IMG/VR virus record: IMGVR_UViG_3300027759_004177
Coordinates: 62,001-126,000 of that record
Length of the DNA stretch: 64,000 bases
Reading direction: 5' to 3' (one strand)
Under the pieces are notes generated by a model. It searched no databases, was not told the origin of the DNA, and saw only the letters and a program-made list of their open reading frames with translations. A program made the position numbers and the translations under genes. Position 1 is the stretch's first letter. Each line of letters starts with the position of its first letter. This document shows positions 54,392-63,674 of the stretch, piece by piece.

Positions 54392-55558
54392 TTACTCTAA
54401 AGAATACAAACAAGAATGCATTATTTCTGCGCCAACAATGACATTGTCTTTGATTTTTAAATATTTTTGATCAATGTTGTTTATCCATTGGTTTGTGCCC
54501 CAGACCCAAGAGTCGTACAGTTGAGGATTATGTTTTTTTACCCAATATTCACTTTTGACAACCATTGGACCCAGCACTTTACCTGCCTGAAATGTGTTAT
54601 CGTCCCAATACGGATAGCAAGCGTCTCTATAAAATTCTCTATATTTTATATTCGTTGGCAACCTAATATCTAAAATGCGTTGTTTTAACATTCTCTGCAA
54701 TATTTTATAGTGTTTTGTTTTTTTATCGGGATTATTTTTAAAATTATCTATTACTTTAAACAAATTCATCACATGATGTGCCTGGGCTACAGGCAACAGT
54801 GGAAATTTTTTAGTCCAGTAAAACCATTCATTGTGTCTGCCGGGTATTGTTTCTTCGGCTGCACGATCTACAAAATGAGCATGATATTTTTCATCAACTT
54901 TTATAACCTGTATTTTGTCGTGTCCTTGCACAAACGCAATCCGTTTATTTAAACGCATTTGTTGTTCTATGGAGTCTGTGGTTCTATTCCACGTGGTATA
55001 AGTTCTAATGGCCTGATAATGATTGGCTGTGTCTGCTTGAAATCTACTTTCAGGTATGATTGATTGTTCATAACTGTCCGACGAATCATCAAAACTAATT
55101 TTTATATCAGGGTGGTGTTTTTCAACATACTCCAACATGGGCCTGGCAGCAAATTCCCATTCACTATCAACATTCTGTTCATCAAGATCTTGTGTGTTGG
55201 CTTCTACCCATTTTCTCTCTGCACGTAACGGAAATTTAGTATAAATTTCGTCTAACTTTATGTTGTTTTTTAAAAATGTTTGTAGTATATTATGGCTGTC
55301 GGCGCCGCCACTGAAACTGAGAACAATATAGTCGTATTCGTCTCTGATTTGCTGTGCCCGCTGGCAATACAATTCCAGCAAAGATTCTTTCGGAGGTTTA
55401 GTCCAATCTATTTTTTTATAAGTGTCATCGTTGAAGTGCCATGATACATCTTGTTTAGTTTGTGTAGCATCATATAGTGCTTGCATTTTGTTTGCATACA
55501 GTTTATTACCAACTTGGTAATAACCATTTTCGTAAGAATCCGTATGCAACTGTGTCAT
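54392..55558 (-). CDS. PP-loop (adenine nucleotide alpha-hydrolase-like) protein
   Basis: LSFSGGADSHNIL. Confidence 0.6.
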   Translation of the reverse strand: MTQLHTDSYENGYYQVGNKLYANKMQALYDATQTKQDVSWHFNDDTYKKIDWTKPPKESLLELYCQRAQQIRDEYDYIVLSFSGGADSHNILQTFLKNNIKLDEIYTKFPLRAERKWVEANTQDLDEQNVDSEWEFAARPMLEYVEKHHPDIKISFDDSSDSYEQSIIPESRFQADTANHYQAIRTYTTWNRTTDSIEQQMRLNKRIAFVQGHDKIQVIKVDEKYHAHFVDRAAEETIPGRHNEWFYWTKKFPLLPVAQAHHVMNLFKVIDNFKNNPDKKTKHYKILQRMLKQRILDIRLPTNIKYREFYRDACYPYWDDNTFQAGKVLGPMVVKSEYWVKKHNPQLYDSWVWGTNQWINNIDQKYLKIKDNVIVGAEIMHSCLYSLE

Positions 55559-55578
55559 TTTTGTTTTAAGTAGAAAAA

Positions 55579-55884
55579 TTACAGGGATGAAATTTTATCT
55601 AGTATGGCTTGATAAAAGCTATCCAGTTCGCCAGCAAAAGCGCCAACAAGATTTGGTGCCAGGTCCTGACATAGTTGATAATTTTTGTTGTTGAATGCTG
55701 TTATAAATGCCTGGTGTAATTCTTTAAGATTTTCTAGACGTGCGATATCGGGAAATACTCGTTCAGCTGGCACCACACAATATGCTGTGATGGTTTGATC
55801 TCCAACTGGAAATGTTTCTAATTCTAGCACAGTTTGATTGGTGCGTAAACTTTCTGCTGCCGCTCGATTCCAAATGATTTGCAT
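55579..55884 (-). CDS. hypothetical protein resembling the cyclase C-terminal helical domain
   Basis: YQLCQDLAPNLVGAFAGELDSFYQ vs FNEAAAMCKKLTGNFGGQMDKYYK. Confidence 0.65.
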   Translation of the reverse strand: MQIIWNRAAAESLRTNQTVLELETFPVGDQTITAYCVVPAERVFPDIARLENLKELHQAFITAFNNKNYQLCQDLAPNLVGAFAGELDSFYQAILDKISSL

Positions 55885-56441
55885 TATGCTTGTTCCATTG
55901 CTCGTGCGTAGGTACGCTTTTCTAGTTTCAATGAGTGGTATATTGCTTGCACACCCTGTGCTTGGCTGACGCAATCTTCTAAGGCATTGTGTAGGCCTGT
56001 TTTGCCTTTTTCTCTAGGATCACCGTGTACTTGAAACAAGGTACGGCTATCACGTATTTGCCAGAACTGCCAAGGAGTGGGCCAACCCATCTGACGGTAA
56101 ATGTTTTCTAGGATAACAATGTCAAACGCAGGGCCTTGACACCAGATGGCATCAACACCAACTGTAAATTTATTTAATTGTCGATACATTGATTCCAGGC
56201 TAACACGGTTGCCTTCGCCCAAGGCTTCCTCGCGGACGTCTTCTGCTTGATTTGACCACCAGGCCAGTGTATCTTGTTGCACTTCTCGACCCAGGGCAAG
56301 CTGTTCATCCACGTCTATGCGTAAGTATAGGCTGTCGCTAAAACTATCGGGAGTGTAAGGATCGAACTTGACAGCACCCAGGGTGAGAATAGCACAGTCT
56401 GGGCGTGTTCCTAGTGATTCCAAATCTAACATTATGTCCAT
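55884..56441 (-). CDS. DEDDh 3'-5' exonuclease (exo VIII/DexA-like)
   Basis: MLDLESLG, W.QGPAFD, RDSRT, HNALED. Confidence 0.88.
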   Translation of the reverse strand: MDIMLDLESLGTRPDCAILTLGAVKFDPYTPDSFSDSLYLRIDVDEQLALGREVQQDTLAWWSNQAEDVREEALGEGNRVSLESMYRQLNKFTVGVDAIWCQGPAFDIVILENIYRQMGWPTPWQFWQIRDSRTLFQVHGDPREKGKTGLHNALEDCVSQAQGVQAIYHSLKLEKRTYARAMEQA

Positions 56442-56447
56442 GTTAGT

Positions 56448-56476
56448 ATTATACTACATTAAGATTTTTTTGTCAA
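56448..56476 (-). promoter_or_regulatory. sigma70 promoter (leaderless)
   Basis: TTGACA-17bp-TATAAT, 6 nt before ATG. Confidence 0.75.
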
Positions 56477-56938
56477 TAATTTCATGCTTTCGGCTTCCAC
56501 CACACGACTGCGTAGTCCCGAACTGGAAAATGAATGGTCACGACCGTTAAATATTGGCTGAATGTCACGGCGTTGACCCTCGTACTTACCGGTATACTCT
56601 TTGTCTTGGTATTCAACACCAAGTACTCGGATATCCAATGGAAGGATTAACAACAGGTCTACTAGATCCTGTTCTGTTTGATAAACCACCACTTCATCCA
56701 CATAACGGCAAGCAGCCAATTGAATTTGTCGTTCTACAATACTTTGTACAGGTTTATTCTTGGTGTCAGGTCGATCAATGGTGGGATCGGTTTGCAGGCC
56801 AGCGATCAAGTAGTCGCAATGATTCTTTGCTTCTGCCAACATGGCAATGTGTCCAGCGTGTAACATGTCGAAGGTGCTGAAGGTAATACCAATCTTCTTG
56901 CCATCGTCTTTGAGTTTACGAATGTGATTGAATATCAT
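56459..56938 (-). CDS. cytidylyltransferase (TagD-like)
   Basis: FSTFDMLHAGHI, YVDEV, HSFSSS. Confidence 0.88.
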   Translation of the reverse strand: MIFNHIRKLKDDGKKIGITFSTFDMLHAGHIAMLAEAKNHCDYLIAGLQTDPTIDRPDTKNKPVQSIVERQIQLAACRYVDEVVVYQTEQDLVDLLLILPLDIRVLGVEYQDKEYTGKYEGQRRDIQPIFNGRDHSFSSSGLRSRVVEAESMKLLTKKS

Positions 56939-57264
56939 CTGTCTTGTTCGATTTTGACTTGTAAAGGAAACCCGTTGTTGCGAGCCAGTAAGGTAACCTC
57001 AATGCCTTTTTGTTCGGCCATTTCGTAGGGTAATACTGCTACCACTGCTGAACCTTCTTCGTGTACCTTCATGGTCAATGACACAGCGGCGCCTTCATCA
57101 TAGTTGAATATGACCTTGAGTGTTTCTACTACAAATTCCTGCGTGGTCTGTTCATCGTTGATATAGATCACACGGAACTGTGGTGGCTCACCGATATTGA
57201 GCTTGGGTTCAATACGGGTACGCACTACCGACTGGGTTTTGGTTTTTGACATTGTTTCGCTCAT
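56935..57264 (-). CDS. clpS: Clp protease adaptor ClpS
   Basis: P.FRVIYINDEQTTQEFVV, VHEEGSAV, E.AEQK, FPL. Confidence 0.92.
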   Translation of the reverse strand: MSETMSKTKTQSVVRTRIEPKLNIGEPPQFRVIYINDEQTTQEFVVETLKVIFNYDEGAAVSLTMKVHEEGSAVVAVLPYEMAEQKGIEVTLLARNNGFPLQVKIEQDR

Positions 57265-57318
57265 GATATTTTAATAAGGGGAATAAGTTGCCTTCCCCTT
57301 ATTATACACACCTATTAC

Positions 57319-57771
57319 TTATTTTGCAAACGTAATGGCAATTTTTTTAGGTTTTTGTTCTTCAGGAACAATGTGCTCTAAAGCAATGGCCAAGATACCG
57401 TTTTTGATTGTGGCACCTTTGACTTCGGTGTTGTCGGCCAAACGGAATGTGCGTTCAAAGTTACGAGTTGAAAGACCTTTGTGTAGGTATTCAATCTCTT
57501 CGTTTTTGGCAGCCTGTTCGCCACGAACAGTCAATACGCTGTCCTTTAGTTCAACATCAATTTCGCTTTCGGCAAAACCAGCAACTGCGATTTCAATCAC
57601 ATGGTGTTGGTCGTCCAAGCGAATAACATTGTGTGGGGGATAGTTATCACTTTTGCTGTTGGCAAATCCGCGATTTAGTTCATTGAACAAACTGTCAAAG
57701 CCAACGGTATGGCGATGAATTTGGTTAACGAATGTGGGTAAATCGAGTGTGTGAAGTGTAATGTTTGTCAT
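57319..57771 (-). CDS. small heat shock protein (IbpA/Hsp20)
   Basis: NYPPHN, AVAGF, YLHKGLS.R.F.R.F.L, NGIL, PKKI.I. Confidence 0.95.
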   Translation of the reverse strand: MTNITLHTLDLPTFVNQIHRHTVGFDSLFNELNRGFANSKSDNYPPHNVIRLDDQHHVIEIAVAGFAESEIDVELKDSVLTVRGEQAAKNEEIEYLHKGLSTRNFERTFRLADNTEVKGATIKNGILAIALEHIVPEEQKPKKIAITFAK

Positions 57772-57833
57772 TTGTTTTCTCCTTAATTAAGCAAGTATGA
57801 CTTTAATGTAGACCCCACCCGGGCATCTACATA
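57772..57833 (-). promoter_or_regulatory. ROSE-type RNA thermometer
   Basis: CUUGCUU-aauu-AAGGAG with bulged G opposite the SD, preceded by a hairpin. Confidence 0.6.
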
Positions 57834-57866
57834 AGTATTTATACAGGATTTTTCACCGATTGTCAA

Positions 57867-58847
57867 ATGTATCCTTATAATTTATTCAACCCAAAAAAAC
57901 AAATATTACCCATAGTTGTCAATGGCTACGGGTTACCCGGTGATGACCAACGACCGGAAATCCTAGAACAAATTGCCACGAATCCCAGTGCTGAATTAAT
58001 CATATTTGATAAAAGTCTTGGGCCAGAAGATAACGAATTAGAATACCTGGATTGGATAGCAGGATTAAATTTACAACAGGAGTTTATTGTTGCAACATCA
58101 AACTATCGCTATCATTTCGATAAACATGCTAAAATTGTACATTTGCCCAGATACTATGCTAGTATGTTGCGAGATCCAAACAATCAACGGCCTGACATTA
58201 CAACTATTAGACCATATCCGATAAGTTGTTTGACCAAAAATCCTTGGACTCACAAAACATTAAATTTTGTGGCCATGAGCAAACAGCCATGGTTTGATCA
58301 GGTACAAAAAAGTTTTGGGTGGATCTATCCAGAAATATCTGAACAGTATGATTATCTCAGCACAGACGTTTTGAATATGATCACTGCACAAGACGCCGAC
58401 TATTTGCGTTCAATTTATCCGCTTAGACTAAATGCAGAAGACGACATGGACAAATTTGAAAGCAATGCCTGTCCTACATATCAAACCTGTTACATAGATT
58501 ACTTGCCCGAAAGTCGTACTGAAAATACATTCATCAGTGAAAAAACTTGGAAACCCATATTCTCTGGGCAGTTGTTTTTGATATTGGGATCAGTAGGAAC
58601 TATCGAGTATCTTAGAGCAATTGGTGTAGATGTGTTTGATGACATCGTCGATCATGCGTACGATCAAGAACCCAATTTAGAAACGAAGATTGCCATGCTA
58701 ATGACGGCAATTACCAATTTGTTAGCACAGGATTTAGATCAGATTTGGGCAGATACATACCACCGCCGTCAAAAAAATCTGGATCTTGTGTATAGTCCAG
58801 CGTTTCAACAATGTATGTTTGCTGATATTGCTAGTAGAGTTTCTTAG
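57867..58847 (+). CDS. glycosyltransferase-like protein (SEKxxKP family)
   Basis: ES...FISEKTWKPI...LRAIGVDVFDDIVDH.YD. Confidence 0.55.
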   Translation: MYPYNLFNPKKQILPIVVNGYGLPGDDQRPEILEQIATNPSAELIIFDKSLGPEDNELEYLDWIAGLNLQQEFIVATSNYRYHFDKHAKIVHLPRYYASMLRDPNNQRPDITTIRPYPISCLTKNPWTHKTLNFVAMSKQPWFDQVQKSFGWIYPEISEQYDYLSTDVLNMITAQDADYLRSIYPLRLNAEDDMDKFESNACPTYQTCYIDYLPESRTENTFISEKTWKPIFSGQLFLILGSVGTIEYLRAIGVDVFDDIVDHAYDQEPNLETKIAMLMTAITNLLAQDLDQIWADTYHRRQKNLDLVYSPAFQQCMFADIASRVS

Positions 58848-59082
58848 GAAGCGATTCGCTAGCTAGTTTTTTGCGCCAACGATTCTTGGCTGCTGCTTTG
58901 GCTTTCTTGCGACGTGTGGTAGGTTTTTCGTAAGTTTCACGCTCTTTGAGTTCACGAAGCAGGCCGGATTCCAGCACTTTCTTCTTGAATTTACGTAGAG
59001 CTTTTTCTACAGGTTCACCTTCACGCAATGTGACTGTGTTACCTCTACAAACGATTGGACCGCCTTTTGGTGTGTATGCCAT
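58831..59082 (-). CDS. rpsU: 30S ribosomal protein bS21
   Basis: E.VEKALRKFKKKV...G.L.E...RE.YEKPT..RK. Confidence 0.92.
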   Translation of the reverse strand: MAYTPKGGPIVCRGNTVTLREGEPVEKALRKFKKKVLESGLLRELKERETYEKPTTRRKKAKAAAKNRWRKKLASESLPKKLY

Positions 59083-59088
59083 AGTTGT

Positions 59089-59379
59089 TTATTTATTGAA
59101 GTAGTCTTCAGGTTGAGTTAATTCTTGATCTGTGCCGAACTTGATGGTAGGACACAGTACAGGTACTTCTGCATCAGCCGCTTGTAAAATGGTTTCTGCA
59201 CGTTGGACTGCTTGGCCTAACCAATACACGTCTCGCATGTCTGTATGATAAAAGTAAACATTATAGGCACGACTGCTGTTTCTGCAAGCATCGGCACAGG
59301 ATTTGATTTGTTCTTCAGTGGCGTTGACCACTAGTACTGTTTCGATTAGGTCGGGCGGGGTAATAAAGTTACTATGCAT
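59089..59379 (-). CDS. hypothetical protein
   Basis: operon ORF with AAGGA SD. Confidence 0.7.
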   Translation of the reverse strand: MHSNFITPPDLIETVLVVNATEEQIKSCADACRNSSRAYNVYFYHTDMRDVYWLGQAVQRAETILQAADAEVPVLCPTIKFGTDQELTQPEDYFNK

Positions 59380-60997
59380 TTTTCCTTAGGTATTCAGCAA
59401 TCTGTTCACGTTCTACATCTGTCAAGGTATCGGCGTCATATCTATTGGCTTCGATTTCTTCGATCAAATGACGAATATACGCTTCTTCATAAGCATACAC
59501 GTCTGTAGAGCTTTTGTCAACCTCGATCCACTTCTTTTCGTTGAACTTGTATAACCGATTTGGCAAATAATCAGTTCTCAAATAAACATCACCTTTTTGT
59601 GGGTTGGCAGGGAACTCATTGCCAAATCCGGTGTTGGCGGCCTTGCCCAATTGTGGTGCGTTGTCTGCCTGTATGGGTGCTGAATACATGGCACCACGGC
59701 CTGCGCCGGGTACGGCTTCAGCGGCTCTGGGGTTTGGTGTGTCAACAACCACTACCGGTTCTGTTTTAGGTTCTTCTTTGGCCATGACCAGGTCTTCCAT
59801 AAATGGATCTGTTTTTTCATCTAAATCGTAATATTCATCTTTGAGAAACGCTTTTGCTTGTTTCTCGCCTTCGTCGTCGACTTCAGCCTGTATATAAGGA
59901 GTACTTACCAACCCGGTAGGTGAAACACCGGTACCTTTAAATGGTTTGTGATCTTCATCAATCGGTGTGTCTTCTACAACCAGACTGCCTTCGGTATAGT
60001 CTGCTCGACTATCCTCAGCGGCTTCGGCCAACATGGCATTTACATCATTGATGTCGGTATATTCTTCTGGGGGTTCAGCAGTATTGAATGCTGGACCAGT
60101 TTGCACCCAGGTGCCGTCGGGCAACTTGACACCTTCAAAGTCCGGGGCATCATCTTTGATAAAGCGGCGTCGAATCTTTTCTGTGAATTGTGTAAATCGA
60201 TTTGGCTTTGCGTCTGTGGCAACAGGTTCATCTGCATCCTCTCCACGTGCCCAACGAATACTTTGTTGTGCAGCCAAGATCAGCACCAGGGCTAGTGGAT
60301 CAAACACAGCAACAATCATGATGATGACCCAGACCACTGCTTGTTCCAGCAGGTTGGCATCAGGATTGTCACCATAGATCAGTTTGGCAATATATTTGAT
60401 AGGACCCACTTCGGCTTCGACCTTGCGTACTTCAGCGGCAATCGGAGCACGTTGATCATTCAGTCGGACAATTTCCGTTTGTGCTCGAGCTATTTCATTT
60501 TGTAAGTTTGTGCGTTCACGTGCTTGACTGCGACGTATGGCAGTGGCTTTATCGGCACCAGATTCTGTGGTACTACGACTCATGGTTTGATCAACTGCGG
60601 CATCCATTTGTTGTAGAGCACGACGAGCCGAATCAATGTTGTCTCGCTGGATTTTTATTTTTTCATCGTAAATGGCAATCTTGCCCAGTACATCACCTGA
60701 AATCAAATTTTGATCGTTGTGTGCTTTGCTTAGGAAACCAAAGATACCCATTGAGGTAATAAACATTAGTAGTATAACAGCAGGCAGCAGATACAGTTTA
60801 AATGTAAGGCTGGCTCGTTCCCAGTTGTTCTTTAACCATACCGCGGCAACTACTTTGCCTAGTTCTAGGCTGCCGCCCATGATCAAGATGGGAATCACTG
60901 CTCCGGAGAATATGGCCGCCAGGCCGACTATGCTGTAGTATGCACCTACAACTTCAATCAGTAATGCAACAAATAGGGTGAAGTAACCAAATATCAT
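59372..60997 (-). CDS. membrane protein with coiled coil and acidic C-terminus
   Basis: 3 TM, coiled coil, EVGPIKYIA, FDPLA. Confidence 0.75.
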   Translation of the reverse strand: MIFGYFTLFVALLIEVVGAYYSIVGLAAIFSGAVIPILIMGGSLELGKVVAAVWLKNNWERASLTFKLYLLPAVILLMFITSMGIFGFLSKAHNDQNLISGDVLGKIAIYDEKIKIQRDNIDSARRALQQMDAAVDQTMSRSTTESGADKATAIRRSQARERTNLQNEIARAQTEIVRLNDQRAPIAAEVRKVEAEVGPIKYIAKLIYGDNPDANLLEQAVVWVIIMIVAVFDPLALVLILAAQQSIRWARGEDADEPVATDAKPNRFTQFTEKIRRRFIKDDAPDFEGVKLPDGTWVQTGPAFNTAEPPEEYTDINDVNAMLAEAAEDSRADYTEGSLVVEDTPIDEDHKPFKGTGVSPTGLVSTPYIQAEVDDEGEKQAKAFLKDEYYDLDEKTDPFMEDLVMAKEEPKTEPVVVVDTPNPRAAEAVPGAGRGAMYSAPIQADNAPQLGKAANTGFGNEFPANPQKGDVYLRTDYLPNRLYKFNEKKWIEVDKSSTDVYAYEEAYIRHLIEEIEANRYDADTLTDVEREQIAEYLRKNA

Positions 60998-61065
60998 AGT
61001 CAAATATTTAAGAGTTTTAGCTCAGTAATAATACTACAATAAATGGTGTTTGTCAATGAAAATGG

Positions 61066-62793
61066 TTAAGTAATCTCTTGCCAACCAATTTGTGCCAAGA
61101 CATCTGCGTTGTTTGATGTTGCTGCCATGGCCAGTGTGATTATATCGCTAACTCCTGCCAGTGTTCTACCTAATTGAAAGGCAAACGCATCTGCCCCCAG
61201 TTCGGAAAGTTCTCTACTGCTGACATAGCCGGCCTGTAGTTCCGTGCCGCCTGATAAGGCAGTTGCGGCTGTGTCATATTCTACTGTTCCCGAACTACTG
61301 GTTCCTGCCCAGTTGGCATTAGTTAGGGTAGGATTTAATACCAATTTCCAACGATAGTAGTTTACAGTAGGACTTAGTACATCCACTTGTCTGGGCAACA
61401 CAATAGCATCTAATCTTGTGCTGTCCAATCTGATACTAACTACGGGATAGTATGTTCCTGCCGAAGATAGTCTCAATACCGAAGTACCACGCCCGGCTGT
61501 TTCACTGTAAGTAAAAGCATTGTATCCACCTTCACTGATAACTGTGGAACAAATTTGTCGCATCATACTGTCACCACTGGTACCTGCTGTGTTTGTTATT
61601 TCATAACGCACTGGCAATATTGCAGTGGTCATATATGTAGTGGTATTGCCTGCTACGTTGGCATGATGGAACGTATGGCACAGCACATAGGCACCGTTGA
61701 CGACAAAACCACAACGAACAGAGCCCACGCCTAACCATTCTATATCTGTCCAAAATATCTGTGTTCTATCTACATTTAATGCGGCAAATGGATTGTCCCA
61801 AGCATCTTGTCTTATCCTATCCTCAACCAACGCACCACTACTGTAACTTCTTATTACCAAATAGTTATAGGCACCATCGTTTTCAAAGTAGATACCATTG
61901 TTGGTAGTAAAATACCCCACACGTTGACGTAGATTGGTCTTGGGTGTGTTCATACAGAAAGTTGTTAGCACCAACAGACTTTTACCTGGTTGATAAGGAA
62001 ATACTCTTTTTGTTTCTCTTATGACACTAGATCCACTGATGGCAGTTACGTTCAATAGGTATGTGGAACTATCAGCATCATATACTACTGTTCCACCAGT
62101 GGCATTGACATTACTAAAATCACTGTGATCGTAGTATCTTGCTTTGCTGTCGAACAATGTGTATGGTTCGCTGACACGCAGTCTACCAAACGCATCAGTT
62201 GATCCTGAGCCTAGGGTAAATGTACTGGTTCCTGTTAATGTAGCAGTTACATTGCCATCTACTGTAATACTGCCACCGCCATCAGCAATGTTTACATTAC
62301 CGGTAACACCGGGCATTTGTGTAATGCTCACATTGCCAGTGATACCTGGCAGTTGACCAATGTTTACATTACCACTCACTCCTACGGTGCCTGTGATGGC
62401 TGGTAGTGTTGTTATAGCAACTATGTTGCCCAAGATTGCAACGTTACCTGTGACGCTAACATTGCCTGTGATTGAGGGCAAGGTTGTTATACCAGTGATG
62501 TTGCCCGTAACAGTAACATTAGCGTTGCCGGTTGTTACCCAAGGTGTTGTACCTTGATTGACAACCAACACATTGCCAACAAGATACACCGGTATACGTT
62601 GTGCTTCGGTGTTGTTGACTCTAACAGCATCAAGTACATTGACATTACCACTTACTGTGATGTTGTCAGACCCAAGGGTCACACGTAGGTGTGGTTCACC
62701 TGATGTATCATAGGTTAATGCTTTGTGAACATTTAATAGGTTAGGTTCATTGGGATGAACGTAGTTGGTGCTGTTAGGATTCTGTACGCCCAT
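61066..62793 (-). CDS. probable virion structural/fibre protein
   Basis: TGNV..T..P repeats, DAFGRLRVS, lectin-like beta C-terminus. Confidence 0.6.
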   Translation of the reverse strand: MGVQNPNSTNYVHPNEPNLLNVHKALTYDTSGEPHLRVTLGSDNITVSGNVNVLDAVRVNNTEAQRIPVYLVGNVLVVNQGTTPWVTTGNANVTVTGNITGITTLPSITGNVSVTGNVAILGNIVAITTLPAITGTVGVSGNVNIGQLPGITGNVSITQMPGVTGNVNIADGGGSITVDGNVTATLTGTSTFTLGSGSTDAFGRLRVSEPYTLFDSKARYYDHSDFSNVNATGGTVVYDADSSTYLLNVTAISGSSVIRETKRVFPYQPGKSLLVLTTFCMNTPKTNLRQRVGYFTTNNGIYFENDGAYNYLVIRSYSSGALVEDRIRQDAWDNPFAALNVDRTQIFWTDIEWLGVGSVRCGFVVNGAYVLCHTFHHANVAGNTTTYMTTAILPVRYEITNTAGTSGDSMMRQICSTVISEGGYNAFTYSETAGRGTSVLRLSSAGTYYPVVSIRLDSTRLDAIVLPRQVDVLSPTVNYYRWKLVLNPTLTNANWAGTSSSGTVEYDTAATALSGGTELQAGYVSSRELSELGADAFAFQLGRTLAGVSDIITLAMAATSNNADVLAQIGWQEIT

Positions 62794-63674
62794 TACACTT
62801 TGATACCAATAAAGATTTGACTTTGTCTACCTGCCGCCCAGGTGTTGCTGTTAGTGGATCCGTATCCAGTGTTGATTGCTGAACGTGTACCAGCATCTAG
62901 GGCTGATGCATCGTATGTTACCAATACCACAATGCGGCCACTGGCCACACTGGTCAGTGCCGATGACAATGCTGTTAAATTGGCAGGACTAATGTATGTA
63001 TCATATTGAGTGGCTGCTGTGACAACATCACCATATGAATCTAACACTACCAAGTTGTGGCCACGGCCATATGGGTTTGGTGCATCACCTTGACGTAGTA
63101 CTTCAATGTCGTTGACCACTACTCTAGCAGGTTGAAAACTGGGAACATCATAGGTTGATGATTCTGCATAAATCTTGTTGCCACTCACATACTGTGTGGT
63201 TGATATTGCTGTGGTTGTGCCAAATGCTTCGTAGAATGTAAAAGCACTGACAGTAGAAATCCATGGACGACCCACGGTTAATCCGCTGGTGTTGGGATTG
63301 TTAACTATGGCATTGTTGTTGTATTGTGTTGGCAACGCAGAAAGATCATAAGTTGCTCTTGCTTCACCACTGGCAACTCGGTCCAGGGCGGCCAAATCCA
63401 GTTTGGCTTTTTGTTTGAGTTCTTTGGTGGCAAGACGACCAATTTTATTGTTTGTACGCAGTCTAGTTCCAGAGACGATACCAAGACTGGACAATGTTGC
63501 TGATCCACTGGCCACGGATCCATTTAATACTATATCATACCAGGTGCTGTCAAAACCACGTGCTGAATTAACGGCTGTTTTTAATTGGTTGATAGTTTGA
63601 GCATTGTCGATAGTGTAACTGTCGTACAAAGCTGTGTTTAATAAACTTTGAACTGTGATGGTGATGTTGGCCAT
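62793..63674 (-). CDS. ubiquitin-like domain plus ILEI/GG-type domain protein
   Basis: TINQLK...TLSSLGIVSGTRL; RGHNLVVLD...YDTY...IVVLVTYDAS...R.S.IFIG. Confidence 0.55.
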   Translation of the reverse strand: MANITITVQSLLNTALYDSYTIDNAQTINQLKTAVNSARGFDSTWYDIVLNGSVASGSATLSSLGIVSGTRLRTNNKIGRLATKELKQKAKLDLAALDRVASGEARATYDLSALPTQYNNNAIVNNPNTSGLTVGRPWISTVSAFTFYEAFGTTTAISTTQYVSGNKIYAESSTYDVPSFQPARVVVNDIEVLRQGDAPNPYGRGHNLVVLDSYGDVVTAATQYDTYISPANLTALSSALTSVASGRIVVLVTYDASALDAGTRSAINTGYGSTNSNTWAAGRQSQIFIGIKV

